DNA of 64,000 nt, taken from assembly GCA_041752695.1 (NCBI GenBank), contig JBGSVZ010000027.1, forward strand, positions 64,001 through 128,000. The letters are read 5' to 3'. The notes beneath the pieces were generated by a model. That model was not told where the DNA came from. It worked only from the letters and a program-made list of their open reading frames with translations, and searched no databases. Of the stretch, positions 11,630 through 21,370 are shown in pieces; within the stretch, counting starts at the first letter, position 1; the number at the start of each line of letters is the position of its first letter. The position numbers and the translations under genes are program-made. This DNA comes from Terrimicrobiaceae bacterium (GTDB lineage Bacteria > Verrucomicrobiota > Verrucomicrobiia > Chthoniobacterales > Terrimicrobiaceae).

Positions 11630-12709
11630 TCAGTTGTTGAAAAAATGCCGCCCGGTGCGGCCCGCTTCGGTCTGGCGGTCGACTTCGAAATAGACGTCTT
11701 CGAAGATGCTCGCCTCGGTGGGATTCGGGCTCTCGTCAGCGAATTTCGAGGCCGCTGAGGCCTCCGCTTTTTCCTCGGCATCGATCGCTTCGAATTGTTC
11801 TTCGGAAAGGACTTTTTCCGCAATGAGGCGGGCTTTGAAAAGCTGGATGGGATCGTGTTCCCGCTTGTATTTGTCGACTTCTTCCTCCTGGCGGTAACCC
11901 CCCTTGTGTTTGGCGTCCGCCACCGAATGACCGTAATACCGATAAGTATCGAACTCGATCACCATCGGCTTGGATTCCTTGTGCGCGCGGTCGATGGCTT
12001 TCTTGGTCACAGCGCGTACTTCGTAGAGATCTTCCCCGCCGGCTTGTTGCCACTCAATCTTGAAGGCCTCGGCCCGCTGGGCGAGGCATTTGTCGACCAC
12101 CGAGGAACGCTCGAGGCTCGTGCCCATCGAATAGCGGTTGTTCTCGATGATGTAAATGACCGGCAATTCAAAAAGGGACGCCATGTTGAGGCTCTCGTAG
12201 AAGCAGCCTTGATTGACGGCACCGTCCCCGAGGAAACACAGGGCCGCTCCCGTGAGACCCTTGTATTTGAGACCGTAGGCGAGGCCGAGGCCGAGCGGGG
12301 TCTGACCGGCGACAATGCCATGACCGCCCCAGTAGTTTTTGTCCGGCGCAAAAAAGTGCATCGAACCCCCCTTGCCCTTGGAACATCCGGTCGCCTTGCC
12401 GTAGAGTTCCGCCATGCATTCGTTCATGCTCATGCCGACAGAAAGGGCGTGGCCGTGGTTGCGATAGGCCGTGATGACGTGATCGTTGTCACCCATCAAA
12501 GACGTGGTTCCGACCGCGACCGACTCCTGGCCATTGTAGAGGTGGAGGAACCCCCCCATCTTTCCGGCGCTGTAAATCTTGGCAGCCTGGAGCTCGAAGC
12601 GGCGGATGCGGACCATGCTGCGAAGAAGGCGGATTTTTTCCTCATTGGAGAGGTCGGCGTTGACGGGCGACTTGGCGTAGTCAACGGAACTGGCTGCGGA
12701 TTTTGTCAT
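11630..12709 (-). CDS. pdhA: Pyruvate dehydrogenase E1 alpha subunit
   Basis: GFLHLYNGQE, GKGGSMH, GDGAVNQG and YRYYGHS; ATG at 12709. Confidence 0.95.
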   Translation of the reverse strand: MTKSAASSVDYAKSPVNADLSNEEKIRLLRSMVRIRRFELQAAKIYSAGKMGGFLHLYNGQESVAVGTTSLMGDNDHVITAYRNHGHALSVGMSMNECMAELYGKATGCSKGKGGSMHFFAPDKNYWGGHGIVAGQTPLGLGLAYGLKYKGLTGAALCFLGDGAVNQGCFYESLNMASLFELPVIYIIENNRYSMGTSLERSSVVDKCLAQRAEAFKIEWQQAGGEDLYEVRAVTKKAIDRAHKESKPMVIEFDTYRYYGHSVADAKHKGGYRQEEEVDKYKREHDPIQLFKARLIAEKVLSEEQFEAIDAEEKAEASAASKFADESPNPTEASIFEDVYFEVDRQTEAGRTGRHFFNN

Positions 12710-12876
12710 GCGATGCGGTCGGTTTGATGGTTGAAGCCTCCTTCCAGCCTCGAGGCCCACGGACCCTCATGGCGGTAAAACGCGGTAATATTTCGCACAG
12801 GGAGGGGGTTTGACAACAGGGAAATCTTGCGGGTTTCCGCTTTTCCTCCGGCGAGTTTTCCGCTTGAGATGCCGGG

Positions 12877-13563
12877 ATGTTCGCCTTTTCCCGGTTCGCC
12901 ATCCCCGTTCTGGCCGCATTCTGTGTCTTTTCCACCGGCTGCGCCGTGCTGGAAGAGATGGAGAAAAAACAGGCCGACGCCGGGGAAAAACGCGCCAATG
13001 CCGCCCTCCAGCAGTCGGCCCGGATCGAACACGCCGCCTGGCGGGACCTGGGTGGCTGGAAAAAGCACACCTACCGCAACAAAGCCCTCCTGGCCCAGGC
13101 CACGCCCGACAATGTCTCCGTCGAGATCTCGCTGAAAGAACAACGCGGGCTCCTCCTCGTCCGTGGCGCCATCGCGATGGATTTCCCGGTTTCCACCGGC
13201 AAAGCCTCCCATCCGACTCCCGCCGGCAGTTACCAGATCCGCGCCAAGGAGAAGGACTATCACTCCAACCTCTACGGCCGGATCTTCGACGCCACGGGAG
13301 TTGTGGCTGTTGCCGATGCCGACTCCCGCAAGGACGTGGCGCCGGAGGGCGGACGATTCGAGGGAGCGGCCATGCCCTATTGGATGCGTCTGACCGACGG
13401 CGGCGTCGGCCTGCACGTCGGTTACGTCCCGGGAGGACGCGCCGCCTCGCATGGGTGTATCCGGCTGAAAAAAGAGACCGCCTCCGAACTTTTCACCCTC
13501 ACCAAAATCGGCACCCCTGTCCTCGTCGGACCGGACCTGCCGGCGCTGGAGTCCAGCCTTTAG
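12877..13563 (+). CDS. L,D-transpeptidase (YkuD family) lipoprotein
   Basis: Lipobox-like STGC, VSTGKASHPTPAG, MPYWMRL and catalytic LHVG...ASHGCIRL. Confidence 0.9.
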   Translation: MFAFSRFAIPVLAAFCVFSTGCAVLEEMEKKQADAGEKRANAALQQSARIEHAAWRDLGGWKKHTYRNKALLAQATPDNVSVEISLKEQRGLLLVRGAIAMDFPVSTGKASHPTPAGSYQIRAKEKDYHSNLYGRIFDATGVVAVADADSRKDVAPEGGRFEGAAMPYWMRLTDGGVGLHVGYVPGGRAASHGCIRLKKETASELFTLTKIGTPVLVGPDLPALESSL

Positions 13564-13567
13564 GCTG
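13547..13567 (+). repeat. REP-like unit, exact reverse complement of the 2580-2600 unit
   Basis: TGGAGTCCAGCCTTTAGGCTG; its TAG supplies the stop codon of the transpeptidase. Confidence 0.75.
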
Positions 13568-13685
13568 GTTCCGCACGGAGTTCCGCCCCGCCTCTCAGCA
13601 ACTTCTGGTTTCCGAAACTCACGCGCAAGGTTTGCTGGCGCAGCGATACCCCAGGCAGGAAACCTGACCCGATCGATCCCATATT

Positions 13686-14120
13686 ATGGAAATCCAACGC
13701 AACGGTTCCCAGCCGTCCACCCAGGGCCCCGCCGAGTATTTTACCGGCACCGTGCGGCTCGACCCTCTATTTCAACCAACGGAGCCTGCCCGCAGTTTTG
13801 GTGCGAGTGTCACCTTCGAGCCTGGGGCCCGGACGATCTGGCACACCCATCCGCTTGGTCAAATTCTCATCGTCACGGCCGGATCCGGCCGTGTGCAGCG
13901 CTGGGGTGGGCCGGTCGAGGAGATCCAGCCCGGGGACGTGGTCAAGATTTCACCTGGTGAAAAACATTGGCACGGTGCGTCGAACACCACCGCCATGACT
14001 CATATTGCGCTGCTTGAAGTCCTCGACGGCAAGAGTGTTGAGTGGCTGGAGAAAGTCACCGAGAAACCCGATTCCGAACCGAAGTCGCCCGAAAACGTCA
14101 CCAGCATCAGGTATGAATAA
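13686..14120 (+). CDS. Cupin domain protein
   Basis: [12 protein letters not shown]...PGEKHWHGA cupin metal motifs. Confidence 0.9.
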   Translation: MEIQRNGSQPSTQGPAEYFTGTVRLDPLFQPTEPARSFGASVTFEPGARTIWHTHPLGQILIVTAGSGRVQRWGGPVEEIQPGDVVKISPGEKHWHGASNTTAMTHIALLEVLDGKSVEWLEKVTEKPDSEPKSPENVTSIRYE

Positions 14121-15174
14121 AACCAAAGCCTACGCCGCCGCCAGCGCGTCCTCTCCACTCACGGCTTCCACCATCCTCCGTCGGAATCCGACAGATCGAG
14201 ACGTGCAAATTGAGATCCTGTTTTGCGGGGTCTGCCATTCGGACCTGCATTGCGCAAGGGACGAGTGGCACGACGTGATGCCGACGGTTTATCCCTGCGT
14301 GCCTGGCCACGAGATTGTCGGCAAGGTCACCTCGGTGGGCTCTGGCGTTCGGAAATTCCAAACCGGCGACCTCGTCGGAGTGGGCTGTCTGGTAGACTCC
14401 GATCACACCTGCCCAAATTGTCAGGAAGGCCTGCAGCAATTCTGCCCGAACATGGTCCTCACCTATGGCTCTCCCGACCGCCATCAAACGGCCGCGGTGA
14501 CCTACGGTGGCTATTCCGACAGCATCGTGGTGGACGAGGATTTTGTCCTTCGCATCCCGGCCAACCTTAGTCTCGCTGCTACCGCGCCTTTGCTCTGCGC
14601 GGGCATCACGACGTATTCCCCCATGCGTCACTGGGGCGTCACGAAGGGGAAAAAGGTGGGGATCGTCGGTCTCGGCGGGCTGGGACACATGGGGGTAAAA
14701 TTCGCCCACGCGTTCGGCGCACATACGGTCGTTTTCACCACTTCGCCGAACAAGACGGACGATGCCTTGCGGCTCGGGGCCGATGAAGTCGTCGTCTCAA
14801 AAAACGCCGCCGACATGGCGAAACACGCTGGCAGCTTTGACTTCATCCTCGATTGCGTGGCGGCTGACCACGACATCAATGCTTATATCAATCTGCTCGG
14901 ACGGGACGGCAACATCACCCTCGTCGGGGCTCCGGAAAAGCCGCTCTCCGTCGCGGCCTTTGGTCTCATCTTCGGACGGAAAAGCCTTTCCGGGTCGCCC
15001 ATCGGCGGCATCCCCGAGACCCAGGAGATGCTCGACTTTTGTGGCCAGCACAACCTCACCGCCGATGTGGAAGTGATCCCCATTCAGAAGATTAACGAAG
15101 CGTATGAGCGGATGCTGAAGTCGGATGTGAAATACCGATTTTCCATCGACATGGCCTCGCTCAAGGCCGAGTGA
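14113..15174 (+). CDS. Zn-dependent NAD(P)H alcohol dehydrogenase/aldehyde reductase (YahK/cinnamyl type)
   Basis: [21 protein letters not shown] and GLGGLG; ATG at 14113. Confidence 0.93.
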   Translation: MNKTKAYAAASASSPLTASTILRRNPTDRDVQIEILFCGVCHSDLHCARDEWHDVMPTVYPCVPGHEIVGKVTSVGSGVRKFQTGDLVGVGCLVDSDHTCPNCQEGLQQFCPNMVLTYGSPDRHQTAAVTYGGYSDSIVVDEDFVLRIPANLSLAATAPLLCAGITTYSPMRHWGVTKGKKVGIVGLGGLGHMGVKFAHAFGAHTVVFTTSPNKTDDALRLGADEVVVSKNAADMAKHAGSFDFILDCVAADHDINAYINLLGRDGNITLVGAPEKPLSVAAFGLIFGRKSLSGSPIGGIPETQEMLDFCGQHNLTADVEVIPIQKINEAYERMLKSDVKYRFSIDMASLKAE

Positions 15175-15220
15175 GCGACTGGGCCCCGGTTGCCGATTGT
15201 CCAACGCGGCAAAGCCGCCC

Positions 15221-15613
15221 CTACATTTCGACGTAAACCATCGTATTGTCCACGCCAGCCGGAAAGGTCTCCACGCCGGGATCCGGCGTTTCTACGCCCG
15301 CGGCATAACTCCCGGTCCTCACCCTGTGAGGATTAAAAATGCTGCGGCCGGTTTTGATGTCGAACTCCCACCCATGCCACGGACAGCGAATGATCTCGCC
15401 GTCCCGCTCGAAGCGATATTCCCCCACTGCGGAAGGCGGGCAATACCCGGTGACTTTTCCGGCGCAGAGGGGCGCGAACTGGTGTGGACACACGTTGAGC
15501 AACGCGTGGTATTCCCCGGCGACATTAAACACTCCGATCGATCTTTTCCCGATCGTCACGATCTTGCGGGAGCCCGGCGGGAGCTCGACCGCGGGACAGA
15601 TGAGATGTCTCAT
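15221..15613 (-). CDS. Rieske [2Fe-2S] ferredoxin
   Basis: CPH...CPWHGWEFD motifs; overlaps the upstream gene by 4 nt. Confidence 0.92.
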   Translation of the reverse strand: MRHLICPAVELPPGSRKIVTIGKRSIGVFNVAGEYHALLNVCPHQFAPLCAGKVTGYCPPSAVGEYRFERDGEIIRCPWHGWEFDIKTGRSIFNPHRVRTGSYAAGVETPDPGVETFPAGVDNTMVYVEM

Positions 15614-16689
15614 GACGCGCTGGCCACCGGGGCTTCTCCCGCTTGCTCCGCAAAACCATACAACTCCTCCGCAGTTTCGTGGAAGATGCGTCGGGTGAGT
15701 TCCGGGGTCAGTTTGGGCAGCCCGTGAGACGGTGAGTCGTTGTCCCAGTGGGGATAATCCGAGGAAAACATGACCGTCTTCTCCGCATGGATCATTTCCA
15801 AGATGGCTTCGAGGTGGCGGGGGTGCTCCGGTTCCTCAATGGGCTGCGTGGTGAGGCGCACGTGCTCCCAGACGTATTCACTGGGCAGCCGCCGCACCCA
15901 GGGCACGGAGGAACGCAGGGCCTTCCAGTTTTTGTCGAGGCGCCAAAGCAGATGCGGCAGCCAGCCGAGCCCGCCTTCGATGCCGACAAATTTGAGACGC
16001 GGAAATTTCTCGAAGACGCCCTCGCAGAGCAGGCTGGCGAGGTGGCCCATATAATTTTGCGAAAGATTGGTGTGCCACTCCAGATAGGTGCTGGGCCAAC
16101 CCGCGACAAAACCATTGCCCATCCCACACGTCTCCGCGCCGGGATGGACCGCCACCGGCAGACCGCACGCACTGGCCGCCTCATAGATCGGCCAGTAGCA
16201 TTTTTGTCCGAAAGGTATGCGCGCCGCGCTGGTCATGATGGTCTGCACCATCCGTGGATGTCCCGCCCAACGGTGAATCTCCGCCACCGCAGCTTCGGGG
16301 TCCTGCGGGGTGATCAGAATCGACCCATAAAACCGCGGATCCGCGGTCAGCCATTTTTCCGCCAGATGTTCATTATACGCACGCGCCACGGCTGCGGCAA
16401 AATGCACATTGGGATGCACGCCGGCGGAGTTCACCCCGGAGCCGGTGAGAATGGCCTTCGTTATTCCGAAAGGCTCGAGGTGCTGCTCGATCATCTTTTG
16501 CGGACACGATCCGGGAGGACCTTCCGCTGGCGTGGCGTCGCTCCGCAGCACCCCGATGGGACTGGGCAGAAGGTTGGGCGGGAGATGCCAGCCCGGTTCC
16601 CGGAAGGCCCGCGGGAGTCGCTCGATCAGTTCCGTCCCGGCAAAGTTCTGATGGACGTCGCAATCAATAATGGGAAAGCCGATTTTCAT
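15610..16689 (-). CDS. Amidohydrolase_2-fold metalloenzyme
   Basis: Start MKIGFPIIDCDVH; PVAVHP, EGGLGW and FSSDYPHWD motifs. Confidence 0.9.
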   Translation of the reverse strand: MKIGFPIIDCDVHQNFAGTELIERLPRAFREPGWHLPPNLLPSPIGVLRSDATPAEGPPGSCPQKMIEQHLEPFGITKAILTGSGVNSAGVHPNVHFAAAVARAYNEHLAEKWLTADPRFYGSILITPQDPEAAVAEIHRWAGHPRMVQTIMTSAARIPFGQKCYWPIYEAASACGLPVAVHPGAETCGMGNGFVAGWPSTYLEWHTNLSQNYMGHLASLLCEGVFEKFPRLKFVGIEGGLGWLPHLLWRLDKNWKALRSSVPWVRRLPSEYVWEHVRLTTQPIEEPEHPRHLEAILEMIHAEKTVMFSSDYPHWDNDSPSHGLPKLTPELTRRIFHETAEELYGFAEQAGEAPVASAS

Positions 16690-16767
16690 CGCTAGCGTTA
16701 GACTGACAAATGGCCTCGACTTTGTCCTCAGGTGAAATTGATATTGCTTGTCTGTAACTGATGTTTC

Positions 16768-17595
16768 ATGGAACCGGGAGTCATTCATTTTCTGGACCGG
16801 CTGGGTGCTCCGTTTTTGTTTTTGGAGGAACGTATTGTCACGGTCACCACGCCGGAGATTCGGAAGTTCACCAATGCACTGCCGAAGATTCTTTTTGTGG
16901 TGGAGGGCCGGATTCTCCACCGGTTCGACGAGGGCCGCGCGGAAAAGCTGCAGGCAGGCTACATCCTGTTCAATCAGGGGGCGTTCCAGCAAACCTACCT
17001 CCCGGTTTCTCCTCCTCGCGCTTCCCGGGTCCGTGTCCTGCGCCTGACGTTTACGCCGGACCGTGATTCGGAATTCGCCCGCGAGATTCTCGCGGGTCTT
17101 CCGCAGAAGGGAGTCGCCCCCTGTCCGCTGACCCAGTGGGTCGCGGGGATGCGGAGGGAACTTCAGTCGCCCCGCCCGGACAGCCGCCAGCGGATTCATG
17201 CTTTGGCTCGGACGGCGCTGATCGACGCGGCCCGGGCGCTGGAAAGCGGTCCCATCGAAGCGGCGACAGACCGCAGCGAACAACTCTGCGACGCCATCTC
17301 CCACCACCTTGACCAACACCTCGCCTCTCCGCTCACCCTGGCCGATGTTGCCCGGGCGGTGGACCGTTCGGAGGAACATATCGCACGGGTTTTTCGGCAG
17401 CGGCGGAACCGGACCATCTTCGCCGAACTCCAGCGGCTCCGCGTCGAAAGGGCGCGTTATCTTCTTCTCTGCTCCAGACTTAGCATGACTTCCATCGCGC
17501 GAGAATGCGGCTTCAGCACACCGGCCCTCTTTAGCAGAACGTTTCGCGTCCAAACCGGAATGAGTCCGACGGAATGTGCGGCGGAATATCGTTAA
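16768..17595 (+). CDS. AraC-family transcriptional regulator
   Basis: C-terminal double HTH LADVARAVDRSEEHIARVF...IARECGFSTPALFSRTFR; divergent from the amidohydrolase. Confidence 0.9.
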   Translation: MEPGVIHFLDRLGAPFLFLEERIVTVTTPEIRKFTNALPKILFVVEGRILHRFDEGRAEKLQAGYILFNQGAFQQTYLPVSPPRASRVRVLRLTFTPDRDSEFAREILAGLPQKGVAPCPLTQWVAGMRRELQSPRPDSRQRIHALARTALIDAARALESGPIEAATDRSEQLCDAISHHLDQHLASPLTLADVARAVDRSEEHIARVFRQRRNRTIFAELQRLRVERARYLLLCSRLSMTSIARECGFSTPALFSRTFRVQTGMSPTECAAEYR

Positions 17596-17620
17596 CCCTG
17601 CGCACGAGGGTCGGCCCATT

Positions 17621-18655
17621 TCAGAAAAGTCGCAACTGTTCGCCGCCCGGATTGCGGAACGCAGACGTGGAAAGCGGCGGCATCCGGTCGGCGAACCCCT
17701 CCCGCTGGAGACAGACCGCAAAAAGCTGGCGGACCTGTTCCGCAAAAATTCCCTCCCCGCGCATCCGCGTGCCAAAGGTGGAGTCGTTTAACTTGCCCCC
17801 GCGAACATCCCGGATACGTCCGAGGATCTTTTCTTTCGAGCCGGGGAGATGTTCGTCGAGCCAAGCGGAAAAGACGTCCTTCACTCCGTAAGGCAGCCGC
17901 AACATGGTGTAGCCGGCACGCAGGGCTCCCGCCTGCCAGGCCGCCTCGAGAATGGCGGGGATTTCGTGATCGTTCAAACCGGGGATCACTGGTGCGATCA
18001 GGACACCGACCGGGATCCCTGCGGCCGTCAGCTGGCGGACAGCATCCAGCCGGTGCGACGGAGAGGCGGCGCGCGGTTCCAATTTCCGCGCTAGTCCGCC
18101 ATCAAGCGTCGTGATGGAAATATGCACGCTAGCCGCTTGCACGCGGGCAAGTTCGGCGAGGAGGTCGATGTCGCGGGTGACGAGATGATTTTTCGTCACG
18201 ATCCCAACAGGATTGCGAAACTCCGCCAGCACCTGCAGGCAGCCGCGGGTAATTTTTAGTTTGCGTTCCACCGGTTGGTAACAATCCGTCACCCCACTAA
18301 TCGCAATGGGCTGCGGCTGCCATTTCGGTGAAGCCAATTCCTGGCGCAGGAGGTGAGGTGCGTCAGACTTCACCATGATGCGGGTCTCGAAATCCACCCC
18401 GGCCGAGAAGCCGAGGTATTCGTGATAGGGGCGCGCGTAGCAATAGGAACACCCGTGTTCGCAACCGCGATAAGGATTCACGCTGGCCCGGAAACCAATG
18501 TCCGGGCTGTCGTTCATGCTAATGGCACTTTGCGACGAATCCCGCAGATACACCGTGCGTGGATTCGGATTTTCAAACTCCGCATCAATCGCCACCTCCA
18601 GCTTTTCAAACCGTCCCGCGGGATTGATCGTCGCGCCACGTCCGCGGAGGTTCAT
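17621..18655 (-). CDS. Radical SAM protein, PA0069/spore-photoproduct-lyase-like family
   Basis: NPYRGCEHGCSYCYAR (CxxxCxxC), DCYQPVE and LEPRA motifs. Confidence 0.92.
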   Translation of the reverse strand: MNLRGRGATINPAGRFEKLEVAIDAEFENPNPRTVYLRDSSQSAISMNDSPDIGFRASVNPYRGCEHGCSYCYARPYHEYLGFSAGVDFETRIMVKSDAPHLLRQELASPKWQPQPIAISGVTDCYQPVERKLKITRGCLQVLAEFRNPVGIVTKNHLVTRDIDLLAELARVQAASVHISITTLDGGLARKLEPRAASPSHRLDAVRQLTAAGIPVGVLIAPVIPGLNDHEIPAILEAAWQAGALRAGYTMLRLPYGVKDVFSAWLDEHLPGSKEKILGRIRDVRGGKLNDSTFGTRMRGEGIFAEQVRQLFAVCLQREGFADRMPPLSTSAFRNPGGEQLRLF

Positions 18656-18692
18656 GGCGATCTCCGGCCAGAACGCCTGGTCGGCAGCGGCT

Positions 18693-19265
18693 TCACAACG
18701 CCTTCTTGAATTTTTCGAGCTTGGGCACAGTCACGCCCCGGTTGTAGGGATGGTTCGGATTGTTCTCGTAAAAATCCTGATGATATTGCTCCGCCGGATA
18801 AAAGGTGGTGAGCGGGACAATCTCCGTCACGATGGGGCTCTTAAACTGCGAAGCCGCGGCGGCCTTGGATTTCTCGGCGGCGGCTTTTTCCTCCTCGTTG
18901 GTGGTCAGGATGATTGAGCGATATTGCGTACCGGCATCGGCTCCCTGACGATTGAGCGTGGTGGGATCGTGTGCCTTCCAGAAGAGGTCGATCACTTTTT
19001 CGTAGCTGATTTTGGCGGGGTCGAAAGTGATCTGAACCACCTCGGCATGTCCCGTCCGTCCGCTGCAAACCTGCTCATACGTGGGATTGACCACGGAACC
19101 CCCGGCATAGCCACTCACGACGGATTGGATTCCCGGGACGCTCTGATACATGGCTTCCACACACCAAAAACATCCTCCACCCACCGTGGCCACCTGCGAC
19201 TTTTTTTCCTCTGCGCTCATTGGCACAGACGCTATCATACAAAAGAGAAAAATGTACCGGAACAT
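18693..19265 (-). CDS. msrA: Peptide-methionine (S)-S-oxide reductase, exported
   Basis: GGGCFWC, GHAEVVQ, DPTTLNRQG and AEQYHQ; N-terminal signal peptide. Confidence 0.95.
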   Translation of the reverse strand: MFRYIFLFCMIASVPMSAEEKKSQVATVGGGCFWCVEAMYQSVPGIQSVVSGYAGGSVVNPTYEQVCSGRTGHAEVVQITFDPAKISYEKVIDLFWKAHDPTTLNRQGADAGTQYRSIILTTNEEEKAAAEKSKAAAASQFKSPIVTEIVPLTTFYPAEQYHQDFYENNPNHPYNRGVTVPKLEKFKKAL

Positions 19266-19305
19266 CCTGAGACCCTCACCCACTGACGGGCACCGCGCAA
19301 GGTGG

Positions 19306-19617
19306 CTACCAGTTTTCTGTGAGAATCGTCAGGTCGTCCACCAAACCGTCGATCTTCTTCAGATCCTTGCGACGGCCCTTGTCGGCCTTCACCGAGGCAC
19401 TCCGGAGCAAGGAGAGCATATCTCGCAGATCCCGCTGCTTTCCGGGAGGAAGTTTCTTTTTTCCGGCTTCCTTCTCCACCGCAGTGCTCACCTGAACAAT
19501 TTCGGCATCCAAACGGGCCAGGTAAGTCTCAACCGTCCCACGCAACGTCACTCGCAATTCCTCCAACTCTGCCGCGATGGCTTTAAAGGGAGCTGCATCA
19601 TTGCCAGGGGTTTCCAT
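19306..19617 (-). CDS. Hypothetical helical protein
   Basis: 103-aa ORF with host-like codon use that fills the intergenic space. Confidence 0.6.
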   Translation of the reverse strand: METPGNDAAPFKAIAAELEELRVTLRGTVETYLARLDAEIVQVSTAVEKEAGKKKLPPGKQRDLRDMLSLLRSASVKADKGRRKDLKKIDGLVDDLTILTENW

Positions 19618-19742
19618 GCTTCACTATAACCCCGGATTGCCCAGTTCCTCAAGGGCACGATCTCCCGATCAAGTGAATTTTTCGTCACGTTCTCATCTCT
19701 ACACCCTCATGCAGGGCGATATTATTTTAATAAATAACTGAT

Positions 19743-19755
19743 AATCAATGGTTTA
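19743..19755 (+). promoter_or_regulatory. IHF-consensus site in an AT-rich tract
   Basis: AATCAATGGTTTA matches WATCAAN4TTR and is preceded by an A/T tract at 19719-19740. Confidence 0.4.
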
Positions 19756-20149
19756 CAAAAAATCGAGACTCATTAAAGCCGCGCTGGAAGTCCGACTCCG
19801 GGCGTTCGCTCCCTACTCCGGTTTTGCGGTTGGTGCGGCATTGCTCGACGCGGAAGGGGACATTCATACCGGCTGCAATGTGGAGAACATCAGCTACGGG
19901 CTCACTCTCTGTGCCGAAAGGGGGGCCGTGATGAGCGCCATCGCGTCGGGAAGACGGGATTTTGTGGCCATCGCCATTGTGGCCGATACGGACGTGCCCC
20001 TCAGCCCGTGTGGGGCCTGTCGCCAGTTCCTCGCCGAATTCGCGCCGGATCTGGCAATCGTGAGCGCGACCGTCTCCGGACGTCAAGAAGACCTATCCCT
20101 TTCCGTCCTTTTGCCTCGTGCAAAAACCGGCATCTTGAACACGCCATGA
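19748..20149 (+). CDS. cdd: Cytidine deaminase (homotetrameric type)
   Basis: APYSGFAVGAAL, GCNVEN, CAER and PCGACRQ. Confidence 0.94.
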   Translation: MVYKKSRLIKAALEVRLRAFAPYSGFAVGAALLDAEGDIHTGCNVENISYGLTLCAERGAVMSAIASGRRDFVAIAIVADTDVPLSPCGACRQFLAEFAPDLAIVSATVSGRQEDLSLSVLLPRAKTGILNTP

Positions 20150-20169
20150 GACGTTCCTCACGCAGACGT

Positions 20170-20390
20170 CCTGAAGAAGAGGAGAAAATTTAAACCCTTA
20201 TCCTTCTTCTTATAGGTGTGAACAACTCGTCCGAAACGTGTTCCAGCATGTATTCACCGCCGTTCCATGGCCAAAACCTTCTGAGAATAACTTGAGAGTC
20301 ATCCCCACCCTCTGAGAACCCTTTACCCCATAAACCCGATTCATTCGCTTTTGCCCCCACGCTTTCACACAATGTTCACAGCCCTTTCCC
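20170..20390. other. Candidate replication origin (degenerate DnaA-box cluster plus AT-rich tract)
   Basis: TGTGAACAA 20217-25, TGAGAATAA 20282-90, TCATCCCCA 20299-307, and TTGCCCCCA/GCTTTCACA/ATGTTCACA at 20351/20361/20372. None is a perfect box. Confidence 0.5.
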
Positions 20391-21196
20391 AAAAACTGTT
20401 CATCCTTGTTCCACGTGGAACAATCTTGGCGGCGACCCTGATTTTCCTCGCGGTTTTGACGGGATGTTCGCCGAGAAACCCGGACGACACGCTCGTGGTG
20501 GGAATGGATCTTTCGTACCCCCCCTTTGAAACGATCGACGCTTCCGGTCAGCCCGTTGGCGTGAGTGTCGATCTGGCAAAAGCTCTCGCTCATAGTCTGG
20601 GCCGTCCCTTGAAAATCGAAAATATGCCGTTTGTCGGACTTATCCCGTCGCTTCAGAACGGAGGCATCGATTGCGTGATCAGTTCCATGACCGATACCCC
20701 GGAACGGCGCAACGCCATCTCCTTCTCCGACCCCTATCTCTCCACCGGTCTCGCGCTGCTCATCAACACAAAGTCCGGCTACCGCCAGCTCTCCGAGGTG
20801 GACCAACCCGGAAACACCATCGCCGTCCGTCTAGGCACGACTGGGGAATCCTGGGCCCGCCAAAACATTAAGAACGCGACCTTGGTGGCGTTGGAAAAGG
20901 AGAACACCGCGGTTCTGGAAGTGATCCAAGGAAAAGCGGCCGCCTTCATTTACGACCAGATGAGTGTCTGGCAGAATCACCAAAAAAATCCCGAGACGAC
21001 CCGTGCTCTTCTTTCCCCGATTCGCAAAGAAGAATGGGCCATCGGGGTCCGCAAGGACAACGCCGTGCTCCAGGAGCAAATCAACACGTTCTTGAAAGGC
21101 TTCCGCGCCGACGGGGGATTTGACCGATTGGCCGACCAGTATCTGAAGGAGCAAAAGGAAGCGTTTGCCAAAGAGAACGTGCCCTTTCTCTTTTGA
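20372..21196 (+). CDS. Polar amino-acid ABC transporter substrate-binding lipoprotein
   Basis: Lipobox LTGC; YPPFE, GLIPSLQ and SMTDTPERRNAISFSDPY (SBP family 3). Confidence 0.9.
   Translation: MFTALSQKLFILVPRGTILAATLIFLAVLTGCSPRNPDDTLVVGMDLSYPPFETIDASGQPVGVSVDLAKALAHSLGRPLKIENMPFVGLIPSLQNGGIDCVISSMTDTPERRNAISFSDPYLSTGLALLINTKSGYRQLSEVDQPGNTIAVRLGTTGESWARQNIKNATLVALEKENTAVLEVIQGKAAAFIYDQMSVWQNHQKNPETTRALLSPIRKEEWAIGVRKDNAVLQEQINTFLKGFRADGGFDRLADQYLKEQKEAFAKENVPFLF
20407..20422. promoter_or_regulatory. parS centromere site
   Basis: Perfect 16-bp palindrome TGTTCCACGTGGAACA matching the parS consensus. Confidence 0.85.
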
Positions 21197-21370
21197 GACC
21201 GTTTCGCCTGGGGGAGCGCAACAACTCAAAAACCAAAGGCCCGGGCCCGACTGGCAGGCGGTCGAACGCCTGCGTGCGGTCTTGCCCTGTACCGAGGTGA
21301 CGAAAACTCCCACCCGGTTTGCGACTTCGCCCTAACGGCGCTACAGTAGGACCGAATTAAAATCGCGCCC

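Noticed and set aside
16762..16777. TGTTTCATGGAAC as a second parS
   Set aside because: It lacks the CACGTG core and the correct spacing.
16690..17775. N-terminal extension of the 721-aa amidohydrolase ORF
   Set aside because: It is antisense to the AraC gene; the domain begins at MKIGFPIIDCDVH.
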